This document shows positions 28,585-38,992 of a stretch of DNA of 64,000 bases, piece by piece. Origin of the DNA: Candidatus Geocrenenecus huangii (GTDB lineage Archaea; Thermoproteota; Nitrososphaeria_A; Caldarchaeales; Wolframiiraptoraceae); contig JALNLM010000001.1 in NCBI GenBank assembly GCA_023254095.1, positions 1-64,000 of the forward strand, read 5' to 3'. How positions within the stretch are numbered: position 1 is the first letter of the stretch; every line of letters starts with the position of its first letter. The position numbers and the translations under genes are program-made. A model generated the notes under the pieces. It searched no databases and was not told where the DNA came from. It saw only the letters and a program-made list of their open reading frames with translations.

Positions 28585-29230
28585 AGAAATAATCTTCAGA
28601 GATAGGAAAGAAGCAGCTCTCAGACTTTCAAGCTTTCTCGAAAATTATAGAGCGGAGAACCTAGTAGTCTTCGGTATACCTAGAGGAGGAGTGGAGATTG
28701 GATACCATATTGCACATCAACTCGGATGCCTACTTGAAGTTACTGTTCCAAGAAAAATAGGTGCACCTTTCCAACCAGAACTTGCAGTAGGGGCAGTAGC
28801 AGAAGATGGAACAATATACATTGAGGAAGAAGTCGCAGAACTCGTAGACGTCGATGAAGAATACGTAAGGTCGTCAGCACGTAGAGAACTAGAAACGATA
28901 AAGAAGAGGATAGAAAACTATAGGAGGGGGAAAGAAATTCCTCTACTCTCGCAGTATGTTGTTGTAGTAGTAGATGATGGTGTAGCTACTGGAGCGACGA
29001 TGATAGCTGCTCTAAGATTCTTGCGAAAGAAAACCCCGATCAAACTTATATGTGCTACTCCTGTTGCTCCTCCAGAGACTGTACGTAAACTGAGAGGAGA
29101 AGCGGATGAAGTCATCTGCGTAGAGACGCCTTCACCATTCTACGCTATTGGCCAATTTTATCAAGATTTTAGACAATTGACTGATGAAGATGTACTCTAC
29201 TATCTCACGCATAGTAAGAGACTCCTATAA
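28577..29230 (+). CDS. Phosphoribosyltransferase (COG1926-type)
   Basis: FRDR.EA, GIPRGG, RKIGAP..PELA, VDDGVATGAT and AIGQFY.DF.Q motifs. Confidence 0.88.
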   Translation: MHEEIIFRDRKEAALRLSSFLENYRAENLVVFGIPRGGVEIGYHIAHQLGCLLEVTVPRKIGAPFQPELAVGAVAEDGTIYIEEEVAELVDVDEEYVRSSARRELETIKKRIENYRRGKEIPLLSQYVVVVVDDGVATGATMIAALRFLRKKTPIKLICATPVAPPETVRKLRGEADEVICVETPSPFYAIGQFYQDFRQLTDEDVLYYLTHSKRLL

Positions 29231-29263
29231 TGTAATGTTAGACATCTACGACTTTAGAAGAAT

Positions 29264-29503
29264 TTAGAGAGGTCTACGGATGAGTATTATGAGCAGGTAG
29301 ACAGCTAGGAGCATGATTAAGAGTATTGGAGAAGTACCGATGTAAAACCCATCTACCTTCCGCCACACCAGTAGTAGGGGATGAATATTTTCCAGTTTTA
29401 CACCAAGTTTAATAATTAGTGGAATAAACACTAGAACCAAGCCTACCAGTACAAGGACTATGCCGGTTAGTGTCAATAAACTGAGTCCACCGGCCTCTCT
29501 CAA
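29264..29503 (-). CDS. Small two-helix membrane protein
   Basis: Two hydrophobic stretches flanking HPLLL...DGFYIGTSP; fills the gap downstream of the glycosyltransferase. Confidence 0.65.
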   Translation of the reverse strand: MREAGGLSLLTLTGIVLVLVGLVLVFIPLIIKLGVKLENIHPLLLVWRKVDGFYIGTSPILLIMLLAVYLLIILIRRPL

Positions 29504-29580
29504 TCTTTACACCCACGATCATCTCATTCGGATTCTTCTAATATACTTTGCCGAGATTAATACTCCGTAACGTTTACACT

Positions 29581-30894
29581 TTACCATTTCATCGGCTTTC
29601 CCATCAACTCGTACATGTACCCTATGTATCTAACGGTGTTGTGGAGCGGTCTATAGAAGAATGATACGAGGGGGAAAAGTAAGAGTACCCTTAAAGGTTC
29701 AGGGTCTTTCGAGACTATTCTCGAAGTCGAGACAGATAATATCTCTGAGTAGAGGAATACAGGGATCAATAACATGATCAGATTGTAGATAGGGGTTCTA
29801 GCAAGTATGACCCATATGAGCCAAGCAATCCATCCAAAGAGAAGAGCGATGTCCATTAGAACCATGTCGGGTGCTCCTACTAGGCCAGGCACGCCGAATC
29901 TCCTTCTAAAAAATAATTGAGCATGCCGTCTCAAACTATACAGCTGACCCCTAGACCATCTAATTCTCTGTCTAATCCAGCTTCTCCATTTCTCTGGAAC
30001 ATCAGTCCAAGCCAATACTTCAGGCATGAATATTAGCTTACCTCTTACCTTATGAAATTTTAATGTAACATCAAAGTCTTCTGCAAGTGTTCGGTCCAAG
30101 AACCCTAATGATTCTAGAAGATTTCTGCGATATATTGAGGCTGCGCCTGGAATTATCAAGAGTGTTCTCAGTAACGCTTGTGTCCTCCTACCCATCTCGA
30201 ACGCTACAAAATACTCGTAGGCTTGGAGTCTGGTTAAGATGTTTACATCTCTATTTAGAACTCTAAGATTTCCGGATGCAGCAACCGTCTTTTCGTCTTC
30301 AAAGTATCTTGAAATCCATTCTAGACAATCTCTATTAACTAGTGTATCTGCGTCCAGGGTTAGTATAAGATCACCTTTAGAAAATAGTAATCCATAATTG
30401 ATTGCGGAAGCCCTATATCCGCTTGAATCCTTCCTGACAACTTTTACGAATCCTGTCTCTTCGTATTTCTTCGCTACTAGGTAAGTGTTATCTGTGGACC
30501 CATCATCCACCACTACTATCTCTTTCCATGGATAGTTATTCTCTACTACGGATTCAATACAGGAGCTTATCGTTTCTTCTTCATTTCTCGCTGGAATGAT
30601 TATCGAGATTAGCTTCGGTTTAAAATGGATAGGAGGAGGCTTCATAACACGTGTTATAACATCTACTGGGAGAATTATCGCTTTACCGATGCTTCTCCCG
30701 AGATCAAATAATAAGGCAGGCCACACGATCATTAATGCATCATAAAGATCGATAGACAGGGCCTCCGCCAGTTTATAGAATAGGAAGCTGAATAGGAATA
30801 TCGAGAGAGCAACACAAGAGAGATACGATAACTGTATAAAGATTGTCCTGTTAATTGGTGATGACATTCTTTCTAACCACCTCGGATCTTCCAA
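29581..30894 (-). CDS. Processive family 2 glycosyltransferase (membrane-bound)
   Basis: IIIPARNEE, VDDGSTD, DAD, AEDFD and QRIRW motifs; N- and C-terminal TM helices. Confidence 0.9.
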   Translation of the reverse strand: MEDPRWLERMSSPINRTIFIQLSYLSCVALSIFLFSFLFYKLAEALSIDLYDALMIVWPALLFDLGRSIGKAIILPVDVITRVMKPPPIHFKPKLISIIIPARNEEETISSCIESVVENNYPWKEIVVVDDGSTDNTYLVAKKYEETGFVKVVRKDSSGYRASAINYGLLFSKGDLILTLDADTLVNRDCLEWISRYFEDEKTVAASGNLRVLNRDVNILTRLQAYEYFVAFEMGRRTQALLRTLLIIPGAASIYRRNLLESLGFLDRTLAEDFDVTLKFHKVRGKLIFMPEVLAWTDVPEKWRSWIRQRIRWSRGQLYSLRRHAQLFFRRRFGVPGLVGAPDMVLMDIALLFGWIAWLIWVILARTPIYNLIMLLIPVFLYSEILSVSTSRIVSKDPEPLRVLLLFPLVSFFYRPLHNTVRYIGYMYELMGKPMKW

Positions 30895-31150
30895 TGATCA
30901 GGTGCACCCGTGAGCTGAGCTCGATTATGCGGCTTCGGAGATAGGCCCTAACCATTATTCCTTATACCTCTCACATAATCTTTTGGATTATCTACTAATA
31001 AGTTCTACCGAAGCTATGGAAGATGCTTCCAGAAGTTCTGGCAAGTAAGATGGCTTGTTGAGAAACTGTTAACCTATTGTTGAGACCTAGCGTTAATAAG
31101 GCATGTTTTCCATTCCCCACGTCAACTGCTATTGAAGTAGGATTCATCAA

Positions 31151-32608
31151 CTATCCTTTGATTACTCCTATTGGTACTAGCCTAGCGACTTTCGTTCCTA
31201 TCCCTACTCCATGACTTACCTCAACTACCTTATCCACCGACTTGTATGCATCGTCAGCTTCTTCAACGATCGTCTCCATACTATCTGCTTTAATGTATAT
31301 TCCACGTCCCCTCAATTCATTCACTATATCTGTCGCTCTACGGGTCCTTTTAGCTGCTGCTCTACTCATTTCTCTTCCAGCTCCGTGGGCTGTGCTACCG
31401 AAGGTTTGCTCCATAGCCTTTGGATTTCCGAGTAGGATCCAGCTGGCCGTCCCCATGGAGCCGGGGATCAATACAGGCTGACCAATATCTCTATAATCTT
31501 TAGGTATAAGTGGATGACCTGCAGGGAAGCTTCTTGTAGCGCCTTTTCTATGCACCCAGACTTTCTGGATTTTTCCATCTATCCTATGTTCTTCGAGTTT
31601 AACTATGTTGTGGGCCACATCGTATATTAGCTTCATTCCAAGAGCGTCCGCAGATTTCTTGAATACTTGTTCAAAGCTCTGTCTCACCCAGTGGGTTATA
31701 GCTTGACGATTCGCGAATGCATAGTTAACAGCACATTTAAATGCTTTCAAGTACTGATCTGCTTCTGCGGACTTTGCGGGAGCACACGCTAATTCACGGT
31801 CAGGTAGTCTAATGCCATATTTTGTTGACGCTCTCTCCATGACTCTAAGATAGTCTCCGCATACTTGATGTCCATACCCTCTACTACCAGTATGTATCAG
31901 CACTGTTATCTGACCTTCATGAGTTATGCCCATTCTATCCGCAGCTTTCGGATCGAATATTCTATCTACACGTTGGACTTCTAGGAAGTGGTTTCCGCTT
32001 CCCAGAGTACCTATCTGACCTATTCCTCTATTCTTAGCTGTAGGGCTGACGAGCTTCGGGTCCGCACCCTCCATTGCACCTTCTTCTTCGCAATGTAATA
32101 TGTCTTCATGCCATCCTAGACCAAATTTCTCAACAATGTATCTTGCACCTTCAATAGCAATCCTGTCTAAATCACTCATGGTAATACTGAAATCTTTTCT
32201 CCTTGAACCTAGGCCTGAAGGAATATTCCCAAATAAGACGTTGATCAGTTCCACGATCCTTGGTCTGACGTCTTTCTCATCTAGATTGGTAACCATTAAT
32301 CTAACTCCACAGTTGATATCGTAACCTACGCCTCCCGGCGATATCACACCTTCATCGTAGTCTGTTGCTGCTACTCCTCCTATTGGGAATCCATATCCTT
32401 CATGTGCGTCTGGAAGAACTACGCTGTGTTTTAATACTCCTGGTAGGGTTGCAACGTTTACTCCCTGGTCCAGTGTTCTATCCATCTGCATCTTCTCCAA
32501 CAATTCCTCCGAAGCAAATATCGTTACAGGGATTCTCATATCGTTTCTATAGCTTTCCGGTATCTTCCAGATGTATTGATCTATTTTTTGGATAGGTATT
32601 CTAGGCAT
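31151..32608 (-). CDS. rtcB: tRNA-splicing ligase RtcB
   Basis: PDAHEGYGFPIGG, GYDINCG, GSGNHFLE, HTGSRG, HRKGAT, PGSMG and HGAGR motifs. Confidence 0.97.
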   Translation of the reverse strand: MPRIPIQKIDQYIWKIPESYRNDMRIPVTIFASEELLEKMQMDRTLDQGVNVATLPGVLKHSVVLPDAHEGYGFPIGGVAATDYDEGVISPGGVGYDINCGVRLMVTNLDEKDVRPRIVELINVLFGNIPSGLGSRRKDFSITMSDLDRIAIEGARYIVEKFGLGWHEDILHCEEEGAMEGADPKLVSPTAKNRGIGQIGTLGSGNHFLEVQRVDRIFDPKAADRMGITHEGQITVLIHTGSRGYGHQVCGDYLRVMERASTKYGIRLPDRELACAPAKSAEADQYLKAFKCAVNYAFANRQAITHWVRQSFEQVFKKSADALGMKLIYDVAHNIVKLEEHRIDGKIQKVWVHRKGATRSFPAGHPLIPKDYRDIGQPVLIPGSMGTASWILLGNPKAMEQTFGSTAHGAGREMSRAAAKRTRRATDIVNELRGRGIYIKADSMETIVEEADDAYKSVDKVVEVSHGVGIGTKVARLVPIGVIKG

Positions 32609-32769
32609 CTCAGACCCACATTCATGAAGGGTGGAGGCTTTATTTAATCTATTGGTTCTTACATCGAGTATGTTAAAGCTCCTATCTATACTTCTGAAAA
32701 TTTCCTAAAGCCTCAAGGTCTGAATAGAATAGTTCATCTTAAGCGTCTCTAATAATAGATTTAAACTAT

Positions 32770-35700
32770 CTATTGTCCTTCTCGCTCAAGCTGTTTTCGA
32801 CTAATGATGTATAAGAGATAAGCTGCTCTAGCTTCGTTTTCAACGAATTCTATTAATTGACGTGAACGTATTTTCGAGATGTATTCTATAAGTTTTATGC
32901 CTGGAACTATCCTTTTAGCGTCATCCAATATCTTCATTATCTCTCCTATACTAGATACATGCAAACCGAGGACCTTCTTAGCATCTTCCAATTCTATTGA
33001 GTATCCCAACGCCCTAAATACTAATTCATGAGAATCAATAAGCAAGCCTGCGGATTCTAATCCTTTAATCAACGTCTTCAGACTCTTTAATCCAGCAGAG
33101 TCAAGATAACTGTACAATAAATTGATGTTATATGTTACTAAATTGAATCCCTCATCTATTAGCTTTGAGAGATTTTCCTGGAGTTTGAGATAATCTTGGC
33201 CTGGCTTGCCGAGTTCTGTGACCCCACAGCAGCTAGAATATTCCTCGCCATCATACATCGATAGAGCGTAAATACCTGAGTTGAAATCCTCTCTAAGCTG
33301 GAGATAAAGAGCTTGGATAGACGCTATCTTAAGGCTCCTGGACGGTTTAGGGACCTCTAATGTCTTGCCCATGAATTCAAAGATTATCCTTTCTCTTCTC
33401 CTAATATAATCGAGAGCCCGTAAAGCATATTCTTTAGCTATCTCCCAGTCCAGTTTAAGAGATATGAACGCCGAGTAAGAATATTCATCCAATTCTTCGA
33501 GAAGTATTTCATCGATCTCGTCTGGTGTATAGTTTTGAACCCCTCTATAGACTTCAGTCCAATCCAGTTTCTCCAGCAATCCAGCACTCTCGGGTTCGTG
33601 AAGAGCTATGAATTTTCTTTCTCCCAGCCTGATAACGCTATACATTATCGTTTCAAGAGGTACGCCGAACATTCTTCTCAAGACTATCATAATATACGCT
33701 AAGCCTAACTTAAGTAGCTCCGGATCTTCTTCTAAACCAACTTCGATCACTTTTCCATAAGTGTAGTCTTCGTATTTTCCGTAGGTTGGAGCGGCTACAA
33801 CTATGGGTCTTTTATCTCTATAGAATAGTGTTTCATCGTTTCTTCTTATCATTTTCTTCCTCTCACCTATGACAACCCATTCAACTCTATTGGGTATTTT
33901 GACGTATTTGCCGAACCCTTCCATTGGTGGATGGACGACGCAGAATACCCTTGAATGCAGTCTACCCAATACGTAGTCCCTCCATATGTTAGGTTCTTCC
34001 CCCCAGCTTTCTTTTATCCTGTCATATTCTTCTAGGGCGTATGCTGTTCCTTCGTATCTCCTCAGGATCCTCTCTCTTAATGGTTCGACTATGACCGATG
34101 TAACAGTTCTGCCTCCTCCAAGTCTATGATTCGTTACTATACTGTCGCTGGTATAGTCTATGGAGCCCGGCTGGAATTTTTCAACAAGGTCGCAATGACT
34201 GATGTCTTCAAGCCTAGAAGTCGTCCCGTCTTCATTTATCTTTATCCTCTTTATACCATATGGCGGGGCATATTCATAGAAATTCATCTGTCTCCAAACT
34301 CTCTTCCCGGCTCTAGTTACTTCTACTCCGTCGAGGAGTCCCAGGTTTTTCAGGAATTCCAATTCTTCTCTAGTCAAATCTTTTCTCATGAATGGAGATT
34401 GGACTTTCGATAATGCTTCAAAAAGCATTGAATACTTGTTTTCAGGATTTACAACTATTTTTTCGAGAAACATGTTAAGCCATTTTTCTACAGTTTTTGC
34501 ACCTCTTGAGAGCAGGTCGTAATCCCATGATCCTTGAGGGATTATAACGGTCTCTGTAAATTCAGTTCCCTTTCTCCTACCTTTCCTTCCTTCTCTTTGA
34601 TAAAATTCTCTTATTGTATCAGGTAAACCTATGTGTACAACTCTCAGTACCTCTCCAATATCTATTCCTTGCGATAAGGTTCTAGGAGATACGAGGATTT
34701 TTATAAGCCCAGACCTTACCGCGTCCTCGATCTCTCTTCTTGTCTCTCTAGATACTAGGTGATGGTGAGAGGCAACTCGTTCCCTCCTCCCAGTCCTCTC
34801 AATAATTCTTCTAGACAGCTCTTCCGCTTTCTCAATGCTCCTAGTGAAGACTAACGTAACTGCTTCATCGAATACATATTCTGACAGAATCTCAGCCGGG
34901 TCCGACCATGGCTCAGGGGCGGCCACACCTACATATCTTAGAGCATCCCAAACTCTGTAGACGTTCTGCTGGAAGAGCTTAAACTCTTCAAGTGATCTTA
35001 GTATGTCTTCTCCTACTCCTGCTTCTTCTAGTCTATCTTTGAATTTTCTAGCTTCCTCCCACAACCTCATAAGGTTCTTACCTAAAACGATGTATACTCT
35101 ATTCTTTGCCTTGAAAGCTTTTCCTGAAATAATTCTTGTTTTTCTACCGTTTATCCTTGTAAGATATTCAGCTACTTCCTCAGGATTTCCAAGCATAGCT
35201 GTCATGAAGGCAAACTGAATATTGTTTCCAGTAACCCTTACAAGTATCTTCAACATCGAGAACAGCAACGAAATCTCTCTCGGACCATAAAAATCAAAAT
35301 CGTCAATAACTATCAACCCCATTTTCTCGAAGAATGGGGAAAGCAGTCCATCACGTTGTAGAGAAATCTTCTTAACTTCATTAAGTAGAAATGCCGGATT
35401 CGTGACGATGAGGTCTGATTCAGAGATCATTTTTCTAACATTCTTTAATCCTTGCCTGGAAATCAGTTCTTGCTTCTTGGCAGCATCGAGGACCATTATC
35501 TTCATGTCTAAGTCTAGACAATATTGGTTGAGCCTATTCAACTGGTCGTAAGCTAATGCCAGAGTAGGGTAAACAGATAACGTTTTACTCTTCCCCTCAA
35601 CAGTGTATAAGAACCAGGCTTCAGTCTTCCCTGAGCCTGTTCCAGACTTCAATATTATATTCGACCCCTCTCTCAAAGCGTTAAGAGATTCCAGTTGATG

Positions 35701-35883
35701 TCTATAGAGCTTCTTACCGATTAATTCTCTTGTTTTCCTGGTTGAGCCATCCTTTAATCTTGGGATAAGATCTTCGAACGATTCCTTAACATACTCTGGA
35801 GACTCCTCTGGCTGGTCGAAGAAATAGTAGCTGTATCCTAGCATGTCTAATAGGCTTCCAGTCTCAATTCTCGGTTTCGCCAT
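32770..35883 (-). CDS. Large SF2 helicase (YprA/MrfA/Hrq1-like) with a C-terminal extension
   Basis: LYRHQ, SGTGSGKT, YPTLALAYDQ, TNP, DDFDFY, QGIDIG and QREGRKGRR motifs. Confidence 0.88.
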   Translation of the reverse strand: MAKPRIETGSLLDMLGYSYYFFDQPEESPEYVKESFEDLIPRLKDGSTRKTRELIGKKLYRHQLESLNALREGSNIILKSGTGSGKTEAWFLYTVEGKSKTLSVYPTLALAYDQLNRLNQYCLDLDMKIMVLDAAKKQELISRQGLKNVRKMISESDLIVTNPAFLLNEVKKISLQRDGLLSPFFEKMGLIVIDDFDFYGPREISLLFSMLKILVRVTGNNIQFAFMTAMLGNPEEVAEYLTRINGRKTRIISGKAFKAKNRVYIVLGKNLMRLWEEARKFKDRLEEAGVGEDILRSLEEFKLFQQNVYRVWDALRYVGVAAPEPWSDPAEILSEYVFDEAVTLVFTRSIEKAEELSRRIIERTGRRERVASHHHLVSRETRREIEDAVRSGLIKILVSPRTLSQGIDIGEVLRVVHIGLPDTIREFYQREGRKGRRKGTEFTETVIIPQGSWDYDLLSRGAKTVEKWLNMFLEKIVVNPENKYSMLFEALSKVQSPFMRKDLTREELEFLKNLGLLDGVEVTRAGKRVWRQMNFYEYAPPYGIKRIKINEDGTTSRLEDISHCDLVEKFQPGSIDYTSDSIVTNHRLGGGRTVTSVIVEPLRERILRRYEGTAYALEEYDRIKESWGEEPNIWRDYVLGRLHSRVFCVVHPPMEGFGKYVKIPNRVEWVVIGERKKMIRRNDETLFYRDKRPIVVAAPTYGKYEDYTYGKVIEVGLEEDPELLKLGLAYIMIVLRRMFGVPLETIMYSVIRLGERKFIALHEPESAGLLEKLDWTEVYRGVQNYTPDEIDEILLEELDEYSYSAFISLKLDWEIAKEYALRALDYIRRRERIIFEFMGKTLEVPKPSRSLKIASIQALYLQLREDFNSGIYALSMYDGEEYSSCCGVTELGKPGQDYLKLQENLSKLIDEGFNLVTYNINLLYSYLDSAGLKSLKTLIKGLESAGLLIDSHELVFRALGYSIELEDAKKVLGLHVSSIGEIMKILDDAKRIVPGIKLIEYISKIRSRQLIEFVENEARAAYLLYIISRKQLEREGQ

Positions 35884-35972
35884 CTAGATTACTAGATATA
35901 TCATCCCAATATAAAAGTAAGATTCATGAAACAAAATCGTTTATAAGATTCTGTGACTAAACCTCCTACGTG

Positions 35973-36734
35973 ATGAAGATTAGAATTGGATGCTGCGGAT
36001 GGTGTGTTAAAGGTGGTAAGAAAGAATATTGTAGGATGTTTGAAACAGTAGAAGTCCAAGAAACATTCTATAGACTTCCCAGAGTTGAAACTGCTAGAAG
36101 ATGGAGGGATGAAATGCATCCGGAATTTATTTTTAATATGAAGGCATGGCAGGTCATTACTCATCCGCCGAGTAGCCCAACTTGGAGAAGAAGCGGATTA
36201 AGAATATCTGGCTCTAAAAGTAATAGGTATGGTTTTCTCCAGCCTACCGAAGAGAATCTTAAAGCTTGGGAGAAAACGTTAGAGGTAGCAGAAGCCATAA
36301 ATGCTAATGTTATAGTTGTGCAGACTCCTGCATCTTTTAACTATAGTAGGGAAAATATTGAGAATATTGGAGGATTCTTCTCTACGATTAGGAGAGGCGG
36401 GAGCCACATTGGTTGGGAGCCTAGAGGAGATTGGAGAGAACACTTGGACGAGGTTAGAAACATTTGTATGAGGCAAGACATCCTACACATCTCCGACCCA
36501 TTTAGATGTAATAATGTCTCCGCACATAATATTAGGTATTTCAGACTACATGGAATAGGGGGTAAAGAAGTAAATTACTCATATAGGTATACTGCTGATG
36601 ACTTTAAAAGGTTGGTCGACCTACTCAAGGCGGAAAAAGATAGGGGCGTGGAGGAAGTATTCTTAATGTTTAACAATGTTTCCATGATGGAGGATGCAAT
36701 GAAATTTAAGATATTTCTCTCAAGCTATTTTTGA
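35973..36734 (+). CDS. DUF72 family protein
   Basis: IGCCGW, F.TVEVQ.TFY..P, KAWQ.ITH, QTPASF, WEPRG.W, YFRLHG and FNN motifs. Confidence 0.92.
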   Translation: MKIRIGCCGWCVKGGKKEYCRMFETVEVQETFYRLPRVETARRWRDEMHPEFIFNMKAWQVITHPPSSPTWRRSGLRISGSKSNRYGFLQPTEENLKAWEKTLEVAEAINANVIVVQTPASFNYSRENIENIGGFFSTIRRGGSHIGWEPRGDWREHLDEVRNICMRQDILHISDPFRCNNVSAHNIRYFRLHGIGGKEVNYSYRYTADDFKRLVDLLKAEKDRGVEEVFLMFNNVSMMEDAMKFKIFLSSYF

Positions 36735-37465
36735 GCTTTTAGGATTATAGCGGAGCCCATGAGTTTCTCAACTATCATGACTTGGTGAAAATATCTTCGG
36801 TAAATCTTTACTAGCTGACTGGTCACCGGGTAGGATTTCAAAGTTTTCATGATCTTTATGCTTTCCAGCCCTCTAGTCCCGAGTCTGAGGAAAGCGTGAA
36901 GGGGGGCAATAACAATCCAGTAGAAACTTATCAAACATCTCTTTAGAAGATTGTCAGGCTTACCTAAATCTACTACTATTAGCCTCCCCGATTTTCTCAA
37001 CACATTACTGACCTCGGCCAATGCTTTTTCTAAATCTCTTGCATCACGTAGCGAGAAAGCTGCTAGAACATGATCGAACAAGGAGCCTCTGAAAGGAAGA
37101 TACTCGAATACTCCCTGAACCTTTTCTACATTCGGAGTCTTTCTAGCTTTACTCAGCATCTCCGAGAGAACATCCAGCATTATTATCAATTCGATGCCAG
37201 GATATTCATTACATGCTACTTCGGTAAAAGAGCCGTCTCCAGCCCCAAGGTCCAGCACCATCTTCGGTTTATCCGATAAATCCTTTACCGCCTCCCTTCT
37301 AATCTCGACATCTTTTCCAAATGATAAAACCCTGTTCAATTCTCTATAGTAGCCTGAGATCTTAGAGAGTGTGTCGACTATATCTGACCATTCCTTTCCA
37401 AGTCCAATAATATTTGGATAAGGTATTAATTTACTCTGGGTTGAATTTTTCGATGCTTTTTTCAT
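36725..37465 (-). CDS. UbiE/MenG-like SAM-dependent methyltransferase
   Basis: LNRVLSFG, VLDLGAGDG, LPF, AFSLRD and DLGKP motifs. Confidence 0.82.
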   Translation of the reverse strand: MKKASKNSTQSKLIPYPNIIGLGKEWSDIVDTLSKISGYYRELNRVLSFGKDVEIRREAVKDLSDKPKMVLDLGAGDGSFTEVACNEYPGIELIIMLDVLSEMLSKARKTPNVEKVQGVFEYLPFRGSLFDHVLAAFSLRDARDLEKALAEVSNVLRKSGRLIVVDLGKPDNLLKRCLISFYWIVIAPLHAFLRLGTRGLESIKIMKTLKSYPVTSQLVKIYRRYFHQVMIVEKLMGSAIILKAQK

Positions 37466-37863
37466 TCAGCATCTAAGAATCTTATCTAACATGATAATAT
37501 AAACTATAAGAAGTGAAGGCGTTAAGAATTCTTATATGTACAATATTGACTTGTAAACTGGAAGTGCTTTAAGAAAATATGGCATGTTGATCGACGTTGA
37601 TGAATGTTATGGTCCCATGCCTCACGTAATTACATGCTCAGCAGAAAATAATGCTCAACTCGTAAAATTCAGAACCCGGGTAGAATACGGTGGAAAAGAC
37701 TCAATGAAACAAGAATTTTCCTCTCCAAGCAATGTAACATGTGTTCCATCTTGCCCTGGAGGTTGACATCTACTCTACCTGATCTATCCGCAAAGCCGAA
37801 ATAACAGACTAGACATATTGGACGTAAAGCCCCTTATCGAGAGACTGGTAAGTGATGAGACCT

Positions 37864-38874
37864 CTATATCATTCTCTTCTCTGAACTATGTCCAGGGAAG
37901 ATGCTGGATCGCGGATCAATATAGTTCTTAGCCATATTGACTGCTATCGCAGCTTGGGCAAATCCTATAACTATTAGATTTAGCTTTATAGAGTCTACTG
38001 GGTATGCGATATCTCCTGCAGCATAGACTCCCGGGAGATTCGTCTCCATTCTTCCATTCACCTTGATATGATTATTGATCATCTCTAACCCCCATCTCCT
38101 GAATATTGATGAATCGATCTCATATCCAAGCTGTAATATTAATGCATCTACCTTGAATTTCGCCTCTTCCCCAGTCTTATTATTGAAAATTAGGACAGAT
38201 TCAAGTTTATCATGTCCGTAAGCTTCCCTCACCTCATAAGGAACCATAATCTTTACTGGTGAATGAAATAATTCTAGAACACTCCCTTCATGTGCTCTAA
38301 ACTCAGTCCTCCTATGAATGAGTACAACTTGACTCGCAATATCTTTTAACTCTAAAGCCCAGTCTACTGCTGAGTCCCCTCCTCCAACTATCATCACGTG
38401 TTTTCCTTGAAACTGCCACTTATCTCTTACCTGATAATACACCCCCTTGCCCTCAAGCCTATTTACGGATGGGTTATCGAGCTTTCTAGGCTTGAAGAAA
38501 CCTCTTCCTCCACAAATCAATACTGTCCTGGTATAATGTATATTCTTGTCTGTTTTCAACCTGATTATCCTATCGTCTAAGTAAGATAATTCTTCAACAC
38601 GTTCTCCAAGTACTCTCGTCACGTTATATGAAAAGGCTTGATATTCTAACTGCCTGACAAGATCCTTTGCGAGGATTTTCGGAAAGCCGGGCACATCATA
38701 GATATATTTATCGGGATACAATACGGTAAGTTGTCCTCCCACATTATTGAGCGCTTCTATAATCTTCGTCTTCATGCTCCTCATACCCGAAGCATAGAAA
38801 GCAGCAAATAATCCAGTAGGACCAGCCCCGATAATAGTGATATCGTAAACATCTTCTATTGTATTATTAGACAT
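37864..38874 (-). CDS. Ferredoxin-NADP+ reductase, thioredoxin-reductase-like (YumC type)
   Basis: GAGPTG, GGQL..LYPDKYIYDV.GFP, GGGDSAVDW and C-terminal PGHSS; no CxxC. Likely start is the ATG at 38874, since the longer tracked ORF runs antisense into the CBS gene. Confidence 0.92.
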   Translation of the reverse strand: MSNNTIEDVYDITIIGAGPTGLFAAFYASGMRSMKTKIIEALNNVGGQLTVLYPDKYIYDVPGFPKILAKDLVRQLEYQAFSYNVTRVLGERVEELSYLDDRIIRLKTDKNIHYTRTVLICGGRGFFKPRKLDNPSVNRLEGKGVYYQVRDKWQFQGKHVMIVGGGDSAVDWALELKDIASQVVLIHRRTEFRAHEGSVLELFHSPVKIMVPYEVREAYGHDKLESVLIFNNKTGEEAKFKVDALILQLGYEIDSSIFRRWGLEMINNHIKVNGRMETNLPGVYAAGDIAYPVDSIKLNLIVIGFAQAAIAVNMAKNYIDPRSSIFPGHSSEKRMI

Positions 38875-38992
38875 CCTAGAAATCTTATCCTTCCTTGGAA
38901 TATAAGCATTATTCGCTTTATCATAGACGGAATATTTCAGAGTGGCTAAATCGTGAAAAGTTAAATAAACTGTGAGAAAATATCTTAGTAAT

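Noticed and set aside
30895-31150. About 50-codon minus-strand ORF or sRNA between rtcB and the GT2 gene
   Set aside because: No motif, RBS or complete C/D box set; probably promoter or spacer DNA.
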